Source: Lama glama (lineage: Eukaryota). From it: 64,000 bases of DNA. Within the stretch, counting starts at the first letter, position 1; each line of letters opens with the position of its first letter. The notes beneath the pieces are model-generated. The model was given only the letters and a program-made list of their open reading frames with translations, did not search any database and was not told where the DNA came from. The DNA lies in the NCBI GenBank assembly GCA_028534125.1, contig CM052822.1, positions 71,734,001 to 71,798,000 on the forward strand, given 5' to 3'. The position numbers and the translations under genes are program-made. Shown here one piece after another: positions 55,635-64,000 of the stretch.

Positions 55635-55850
55635 TGGTAACAATCAAAGCTGGGGTTCCTTAGCAGTTTACGATGTGCCAGATCCTCCTTTCAGTGCTTT
55701 ACACGCATCAGCTCATGCAGTCGTCACAGTTCGATAAAGCACGCTGTACTGTTGCCTTCACCTTCTGATAATCAAGGGAATTGAGGCTTAGAGATGCTTT
55801 GTAACTTGCTGAGGGTCACAGAGCTACCAGGAAGCGAAGCAGCCTTAACT
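55635..55850 (-). mobile_element. MIR
   Basis: atgtgccag...gtgctttacac...ttgaggcttagaga...taacttgctgagggtcacagagct. Confidence 0.75.
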
Positions 55851-57716
55851 GAATCTCTGTCTCTCCTCCAGCCCCTGGGAACCAGGTTAGTGGGGCTACA
55901 GATGCAAAGTCTCTCCCCTCGAGGTGATCTTGATTTAGGAAGATGTGAAAAAAAAATATGTATGTTTTAATTCTTTGTTGTTGTTGGGCTAGACTAAGTA
56001 CTAGAAAAAAGAGAGGAAAATAGCTGAACGTGGCCAGTACTTTTATACTTGCTCACAGTCCTCCATTCATCCTTACCAGCCCCAGGTCTTGGTAGCCATG
56101 AATGTTTCCCTCAATTTACTCAGATAAGCCATTTTGTCACCATGTTCTACAATTAAGATAATTCAGTCTTACCAATCATGTGTCTGTTTGAACATTATCG
56201 TGACACTAAGAATGTAAGTTAACTGTGACTCTACCATTCGTAAGTCATTTTGCTAGACTCCACTTCTGGAAGTCTCTATAGACAATAGATGATTATCATG
56301 TTCTTAAATTAATAATATGACTAATTATATGTGGTATTTAGAATGTAATAGCTTTACTCGAACATGTAAATGTTGACACTGTGTGAAGAAAAGAAAATGT
56401 CCACAGAAGTCATCCAGGAAACTGTCTCAGTGCCTGAGGATCTTGTGTTTTGAAATTCGCTTTGAGAATGTCCAACTGGTAACGTGCTGAAATAATCAGG
56501 AAATGTGAATATGGTTCAAAAGTTCAGAATTCTGCCATTCTAGAATATGATTTAAAATCCAAAATTAAAAATGAGAGTAAGCTTGACCAAGTCACTTAGA
56601 ATAAGAGACGCTGAATTTTGAAACAGGTGGAAATCTAAGAGAACCTTCATTTTACAGGTCCAGAGAGTAAATCGATGCCCTCAGAGCCAATAGGCCAGGG
56701 TCAGGGCTGAGGTCTCTGGGGTCAGGTGAGGTGCTCACCTGAAGCTGAGTGGGGTGGTTAGATCGATATTGGTTCAACAACGTACTTCTTGGCTCATGAG
56801 AAAGCTGGCATCACTTTAATTTTCTAATAAATTTCCTGCCTCAGCATGCCCTTTATCCCCCTAGAATGAAGACCTGTATTTTGCTTCTAGGTCTACATTA
56901 AGAGAAACTTCAACCGTTGACATTTTAAGGCCTTAACCGCCCTACTTATAAATAACACTTGTACCAGTGTTTTAACTGTCATGCCTTGGGAAGTGCATAA
57001 ATTGTTAGGATTGACCTCAACTCTCAAAAATGTCAAATGCAGAAAGTTGAAAATAGGATGTGTAGGCACCAAATGAAAAAGTGTCCTATTTCCAAATTCA
57101 ACTCCTTTCTTAATAGCCCTTCGAAACCAAACCAAACGATAACAAAAAATCTTTCCTGAAATTTATATGGATTTTTAACATTTGCCCTTATATTTTCTGA
57201 CTTCAAAATGATTCTTCCTTCCTGAGGCTACAGAATTCTGCAACTTTACCAGTCATTTTCAAATTTTCCAATAGTTCAACTTTTATTCCAAAGAAAATGC
57301 CAGTGAAACCCTTGATTTATGTTAGGGAGACAAAATCGAAGTATATATTATACAAATTATACAATAATACATGATAATTATTATATAAATTATAAAATAT
57401 GGTAATTACACAAAAGACTAAGATTCTTAAAATATAATAAGTCAAGTTTAAGTTTATTTATAAGCTTTAAGTGAATTTAGGGTTTACAGGGTAGACAGAC
57501 TAATTTTCCCATTCTGATAGACTCAATAAATTCTGTATTTTTATGCTGTACATTTCAAGAAGATTATGTTCTGTAAGGTTAGGAAAAGTAGGTAATAGTC
57601 AAATGGCCAAATAAACAAGGAAAATTCTGGGCCTTACCTCATGGGAAATGTAAATGGGGTTTGCAGTTTATTAGATTCTGTGGTTCTCCAGAAATCTGAG
57701 ATTCTATGCATTATAT

Positions 57717-58251
57717 TGATTAAAAAAAAACTTCCATCCTCTTAGGTTCTGTGACTGGGCCTAGGGAGTAAACTGATGAGGAGGAAAAAAGCATGCAAAT
57801 TTTATTGAATGTTTTTATGTGCACTTGGGGGTCTTCAGAAGAAAAATGAGGACCCAGGAAGCCAATGGACCCAAAGGCTTATATACTTTTTAAATAAAAA
57901 ATGATGAATTATAAGAATGTGATTAGACAGAGGGGCTTGGGCTGGGGCAGTTAAGTGAGACAATGATTAGGACATATTTGGGGGAAATCAATTGAAGATA
58001 AGGGGGTTTTAAATGGTTGGTTTGTTAAGATTCCAACTCCCATTTTGGCTTTGACGCCCAGACTCTGAGAATGTTAGTATTCCCTCCCTGGTGCCAGGAG
58101 GGTGCCTGTTTCATGGGAAATTTCAGGACCTGCTTTTAGGGAGAAAGGCGCAGGTCAGAGAGCCCTTCCTGCCTCTGCTGTTTCTCAAGTATCTTCAGCT
58201 CAAAATAATCATTATATCATATTTTGAGGTGGCAAGTTCTGAACCCCTTCA
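57717..58251 (-). mobile_element. ERV1 (MER34/MER31-like) solo LTR
   Basis: Minus strand begins TGAAGGGGTTCAGAACTTGCCACCTCAAAATATG. TG...CA termini with 4-bp flanks atat/acat (3/4 match, candidate TSD). Confidence 0.78.
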
Positions 58252-58602
58252 ACATCCATGTCCTACTAGCTCTAGATTTGCCATTCATAAGGTACCTGTG
58301 AATTTTAATAATGAGACATGCAAACCACAGCATTTAGCTGCAGTAAGCAAGCGAGCAGTGAGTGACTGGAAGGAGGTCCCGTGCAGTGAAACAGACACAC
58401 GTCCAAGCAGTGAGAAGAAAACAAAGGATTACTGTGCTGGAATGGCACCATGTAGCGTCACACTTGTCTTTGAAGAGATCTGCAGCTCGTTGATCATTTG
58501 TCACAGGGTAATTTTTCTTGGTTTTATTTTCGCTTTCCTATAGGTGATAGTTTAAAATGGTCCTTTATTTTGCTTTTGAAAGAAATGAATGCAGTGTAAA
58601 AA

Positions 58603-59233
58603 CAGTCCATTCTCACTCCTCATGGTAGTTAACGTTCTCTAAAGTTGTCGTGAGCACTGAATTAGCAAATACTGAATCCTTGCTCCGATACAGCATTGGG
58701 TTCCTGCAAGCCTCTGCTTATGACATTTTTGTCAACTAATCAGTCCATAAGCTTGCTTTATTTGTGTTTCTGTTGAACACCACCTTACTTACTATGGGTT
58801 GTCGATTCCCTAACATTGAGCCCATGGTCTACAGCACTGAAGAAGTGCATGCATCCCATACATGGACTTCCTCCGTAAGGCATGTCGCAGCTCTCCTGCG
58901 CTCGGGAAGACAAGAAAGCGCTTCAGCACTGCTCTTGGGAGAGAGGCATTTAAACAGTGAAATCTTCCATAGAAAGCACAAAAAGGCAAAAAAGTTTGGG
59001 GCTAAATGAAAAGGACACCTTGATACGGGATGACAGCTGAAACAAGAGAACAGAGCCTTGTCCGACCTTAGCTGGGAACATGAGTATCCAGTGACTCCCA
59101 CTTTTTGCCTCTCTGCACATATCCATGAATGACTGTGAAAGCACCACGAGTGTTGATGTGGGGGCTACAAATAGATTTTAGGGAGTGGGCTAATTTGCAA
59201 ATGCAGAATCTGCCAGTAATGAAGGATTGGCTG
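58603..59233. mobile_element. MER82 (TcMar-Tigger) DNA transposon, near full length
   Basis: Terminal inverted repeats cagtccattctc... / ...gaaggattggctg|ta; internal cactgaattagcaaatactgaa, gggttcctgcaagcctctg, gccttgtccgaccttagctgggaac. Confidence 0.82.
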
Positions 59234-61269
59234 TATCTGTTGATTGGCAATACTTTAAATATACATACATATATAATATATATCTTATATATAAATAATT
59301 TATGTAAAATATTTTATATATATACATATTTCCTTTTTAGATAGAGTCTTATATCCATAATCTCAGTGAATGAAGCTCAGATTTACAGTGAGCTTCCTTC
59401 CTCCCTTCCTTCTTTCCTTCCTTTGTCTAGTGTATTATATGCCTGTAGTTTTATGGAACCATAGAGTGGTATATCTTTGTATCCTGTTATACCATTAAAA
59501 TTAGCTTTTTTTAACCATTCACTTTCTATTTATTTAGCACTAACCACCTTCTTTTCTAAGGAATTTGCTTTTTCAGAAATAAAATTTTTGCAGATACATA
59601 CTCCAGTAATTCACAGGTAAATTATGATGTCATAGAAAATAGATTTCCTTGTTCAGTCTTATTATGATCTATTTAATTTTATATTTTTACTGTATCCAAG
59701 TTTAAAGGGGCATGTGACCAAACAAAACATACCTGTGGGGTACTAGGGTACTAGCTAGCAGCCTTTGCTTAATACAACCCCAAATCAGCTGCTCAACATT
59801 TAAAAATAGGGTGATTTCATTAAAATGTTGGATTTCTGACCTTTCTAGAAAATTTAACGTTTGAATAGCACCATAGCTCGAGTTTGCTACAGGTGGACAG
59901 AGATTCCCTCCCCCACACGTATAGTACATCCCAAATGCTCCCTATTGTTTTTCTTCTATCAAGACCAAATTTCTTAGACATTAATTTAGCATCTTTTCCC
60001 TGTTGATATTTTAATCAAGAAGAATATTGTCTCCGTTACCCATATCTCCATCAAAAGTCAGAAAATCATACACAGATCAGTGGAGCTACATTCTTTTTAC
60101 AGCGAGCCAACATCACTGCTTTGTACCAATTGTTCGTCCCCTCTGACCAGTGAAGTTGTGACTTCTAATTTCAGGAGCTTCCAATTATTTCAGCCCTGTC
60201 AGAGCTGGTTCTCTGTGCAAGTGCTGGGAACATTGCTTATTTATGGAAATGAATTAATTCAGCCTGTTCACCAGAGCCTCCGTGGGCGTGCAGCTGTCAC
60301 AACGTAATGGACGGCACCCAAGTTCACAGTGAATCAGATCCCCTCCGATGCCCAGGTCACTGAGGTGTGTTGATGGCGGGGCCACGGAGCGCCGTTTAGT
60401 GTTTTATCAGACAGGACCTGACGGCTCTAGCAGAGAGGAGAGGGCACATTATGTCACAACATGTGTACATTCTGAGCTTTAGTAATCCTATTTTATGGTT
60501 GAAGTAAAAGATTCACCCAAAGGTATGTGAAATCAAACCAAAAATAAGTGAAGCTGTAATGTACTACATCCCATGCAGAAACTCAAAAGCATTCTAAGCG
60601 TGTGTCCTAATCTCTTGCAAGTAAGCGCAAATCATTTGTACCAACTCATTCGGTTTCCAGGAAAGCACAGAAAGTAAAATAAATAAACATGACAGCCTTT
60701 ACTAGTCACCTGGTGTGCACTGCTGCTTGTCTGGGAAACTTTGTAGCAGTAGTTGGGGAAGTGTATACAGTTCGGGAAAGTAATGCTTTTACATTTTTAG
60801 ATTAATGTTATTTTTTAAGATAGATGATGGAATGAGATAGAGTCTTAAAATGTGTGATCGCTGAAGTGGCAAACTTTGAGATGCCGTCTAAAAATTAAGG
60901 TGGTGCAAATAAGTGAATTCAAATATATAACATATTTCAGAGAAGAATTTTTGACATTTTGGTTTTGGTTTTAGGGTAGTTTTAATTCCATTAAAATTCC
61001 TAATGCTTTTGTGGTATTCGATTTATCCTATCTTTGGAGCAAAGCATGAATGTAAATATTCACCTGAAATTCTTCAATCACTATAGAAGCCTTAACTGCT
61101 CTGAAATTCTAGGCGGCAACAGTGTACCATCAGAAAGATTTGCATTCTTTAGTGACATAGTTATCTTCTGCATTCTAGCTTCGTGTAACCTTGATCAAAA
61201 CTGTTAGATGGTTAGCTTCTTTGGAGGGAGATCTTTGCTCTCTCTGCTTCTGCCTTCTCTTTTAACCCT

Positions 61270-61645
61270 CCTGCTCTCCCACATCAACACAAGCGTTATC
61301 TTTCCAAGATGTAGATCTGAGCATGTGTCTCCCTCTTAGGACACCATCATTACACACTGAGACCCACATCTTCCATTTGACACCTTAGGTCCTTCATCTC
61401 CCAGGTCTAAAATGCCAAGACTCGTGAACCTTCCATATTCAAGCCACACAGAACCACTGAGCTCTTTAAAAGAACTGCATATGCCCTTCCCCTATCTGTC
61501 TGGATTTTTCTTAACCTTAGTTCTGTTGTAACAGGGGAGCTCATCTGTTAGTTCTTTCTTAGAATTCACCTCTTGACCTTAACAGCCCCACTTTCTTGGT
61601 GGGACAGATGTAGAAGACAGTTCAGTAAATGCTAGTTGATACCAA
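61270..61645 (+). mobile_element. L2 fragments
   Basis: ttatctttccaagatgtagatctgagcatgtgtctccc...ttcagtaaatgctagttga. Confidence 0.5.
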
Positions 61646-61760
61646 ACACTTCATAATGATTTCTCAGATTCAGTGTTTCAGACCTATAGAGTAACTCTTG
61701 CCAATGATTTTAAGGTTTTTTTTCTTACTTGGCCAAAAAATTTTGTATACACACACACAC

Positions 61761-62110
61761 AGAAGTATAATCAATTTACAGTGTTGTGTCAATTTGTGGT
61801 ACACAACATAATGCTTCAGTCATATATGAACATTCATATATTTGTTTTCATATTCTTTTTCACCATAAGTTACTACAAGATATTGAATATAGTTCCCTGT
61901 GACATACAGTATGAACTTGTTGGTTATCTATTTTATATATATATAGTGGTTAGTATCTGCAAATCTTGACTCCCAATTTATCCCTTTCCACCTTCCTCCC
62001 AGCCTGGTAACCATAAATTTTTTTCTACGTCTGAGTCTGTTTTGTAAATCAGTTCATTTGTCTTCTTTTTAGATTCCACATATAAGTGATATCATATGGT
62101 ATTTTTCTTT
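61761..62110 (-). mobile_element. Lineage-specific L1 3' end (older copy)
   Basis: gaagtataatcaatttacagtgttgtgtcaatt...tattgaatatagttccctgtg...tagattccacatataagtgatatcatatggtatttttcttt. Confidence 0.88.
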
Positions 62111-62724
62111 TTTTTTTACATTTTTTATTGAGTTACAGTCATTTTACAATTTTGTGTCAAATTCCAGTGTAGAGCACAATTTTTCAGCTATACATGAACA
62201 TACGTATATTCGTTGTCACATTTTTTTTGCTGTGAGCTACCACAAGATCTTGTATATATTTCCCTGTGCTATGCAGTAGAATCTTATTTATCTATTCTAC
62301 ATATGCCTGTCAGTATCTACAAATTTTGAAACCCCAGTCTGTCCCTTCCCATCCCCCACTCCCTTGGCAACCACAAGTTTGTACTCTATGTCTATGAATT
62401 TGTTGCTCTTTTGTATTTATGTTGATTTTTTTTTTAGATTCTACATATAAGAAATCTCATATGGTATTTTTCTTTCTCTTTCTAGCTTACTTCATTTAGA
62501 ATGACATTCTCTAGGAACATCCATGTTGCTTCAANNNNNNNNNNNNNNNNNNNNNNNNNNNNNNNNNNNNNNNNNNNNNNNNNNNNNNNNNNNNNNNNNN
62601 NNNNNNNNNNNNNNNNNNNNNNNNNNNNNNNNNNNNNNNNNNNNNNNNNNNNNNNNNNNNNNNNNNNNNNNNNNNNNNNNNNNNNNTATCCTTTTGAATT
62701 AAGGTTCCCTCTGGATATATGCCC
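62111..62724 (-). mobile_element. Younger camelid-type L1 3' end spanning a 152-N gap
   Basis: ttttacattttttattgagttacagtcattttacaat...gtgagctaccacaagatcttgtat...; resumes after the gap as tatccttttgaattaaggttccctctggatatatgccc. Confidence 0.88.
62535..62686. other. Assembly gap (152 N)
   Basis: N run seen directly. Confidence 1.
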
Positions 62725-62825
62725 AATATTTGGACAAATCTTTATTTTTTTCTTTTGTAAGAGAATCTTCAGTAGAAAGTGTTCTGGAATATAGATTATT
62801 TGAGGCATAGCAAGGCCAACAGAGG

Positions 62826-63367
62826 TGTTTAAAAATGTTGTATATTAATAGAAAATTTAAGGTAGAGTAAGTCCAACATATCAGGGAACAACTATCATTG
62901 AAAAGATTTTACTGTTTATTACTGACAGCTCCCATGAGGAAAGGGCACATGAGGCCATGGGGGGATGGGGAGGCCATGAGGGGGAGCACCAGGGCAAGTC
63001 AGGAGGCAGAGGGAGAAGGGGAGACTGGGAGGTTTGTTGTGGTTTCCACAGGGAGGAATGGGTGAGGCAGAGTAAGCAGCGTTAGGATTGGCCAGTTTGA
63101 ATAAGTTCAGAGCCTCTGGGGCACAGGGACTGTCCCTAGTTTTCTGGTACCTGACTGTGGGGTGATTAGGGCAAGTGGATAGTGGCCTGGAGTGTGAAAG
63201 CATGGGAGAGGAGGTGGCTGGGCTTGGACTCTTGAGTTGTTGGTCTGTATTTGAAGAGCATCCTTGCAGGAATCGGCTGAGCTGGGAGGGGAAGTCCCCC
63301 CCAACATCAGCAAGACCCCACATGTCAAAGCATCAGAAACACAGAAAATGAAAGAGCGGTTAATACA
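62826..63367 (-). mobile_element. MER74-like ERVL solo LTR
   Basis: Minus strand starts TGTATTAACCGCTCTTTCATTTTCTGTGTTTCTGATGCTTTGACATGTGGGGTCTTGCTGA and ends with ...aatcttttcaatgatagttgttccctgatatgttgg...aaaca. Confidence 0.78.
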
Positions 63368-64000
63368 AAGTGGGAGCTGGAAGCAAGCCACGGTAGCCTC
63401 GAGAAATTGCCAGTGTGCTGACAGCTGCTTTTCTGTCACTCCCCCTTTACTTTTGTGGATAGTTTATCTTTTCCTCAGTGTTGTGTAAATTACCATGAAA
63501 CCAGTGCGTCAAAAGAAGTCCTTAAATCAAATTGCCATCCCTTAGCTAATATAATGTTGAAATTTGGCCCCAACACTGACAGCAAAGTTTTCAATGGAAC
63601 GAGATACAGATGTAAGTTTAACTGAATACTGGTAAAAAATAATCTGAAATAAACGTTAAGAATAAACATATTAAAAGGCATTCGGGGGGTTTCTTGATGC
63701 CTGGTTCCTTTCTTCATCTGTGCATATTCACTGAGGACTTATAATTCTGGAGAGTCTTTTCCCTTTGCAGAAGAGTAGATTGCGTAGAGCTATTTTCACT
63801 AAATAGCAATATCATCACAAAGAGGGCAAGTCTAATTTGCTTGACTTTTCGATTTACAAAAATAAATAAAAATAGCTTCCACATAGATTTCCTACAAACA
63901 GATTCTATGCTAGTTTTTAATGCTAATTTTCAGAATTTGCTTGTTATCTCTGTATTATTAGATGTATTAGAACTATAACCCTATTCAGAAATGGATCACT

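Noticed and set aside
60376-60395. REST/NRSE-like ccacggagcgcc
   Set aside because: Lacks the TCAGCACC half-site and has a 2-bp deletion relative to consensus.

Overview
AT-rich mammalian genomic DNA, most likely camelid. This is inferred from young L1 3' ends of camelid type and the absence of ruminant, pig or cetacean SINEs. The window lies inside the very large neuronal gene CNTNAP2 (+ strand). The only supportable coding sequence is one 148-bp internal exon at 26422-26569, equivalent to human exon 4, which encodes the end of the F5/8 type C (discoidin) domain. The rest is intron containing ancient and lineage-specific repeats (L1, L2, MIR, MaLR/ERV solo LTRs, Tigger and hAT-Charlie DNA transposons), microsatellites, small tandem duplications and three assembly gaps. 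Repeat family names were recognised by eye from remembered consensus sequences and need RepeatMasker/Dfam confirmation. I found no convincing novel multi-gene biological system. The most notable items are the sharply GC/CpG-shifted exon with a possible in-frame alternative acceptor and a downstream G-run, a palindromic cluster of bHLH-PAS/E-box motifs at 38670, and an apparent young-L1/old-L1 chimera at 61.7-62.7 kb.
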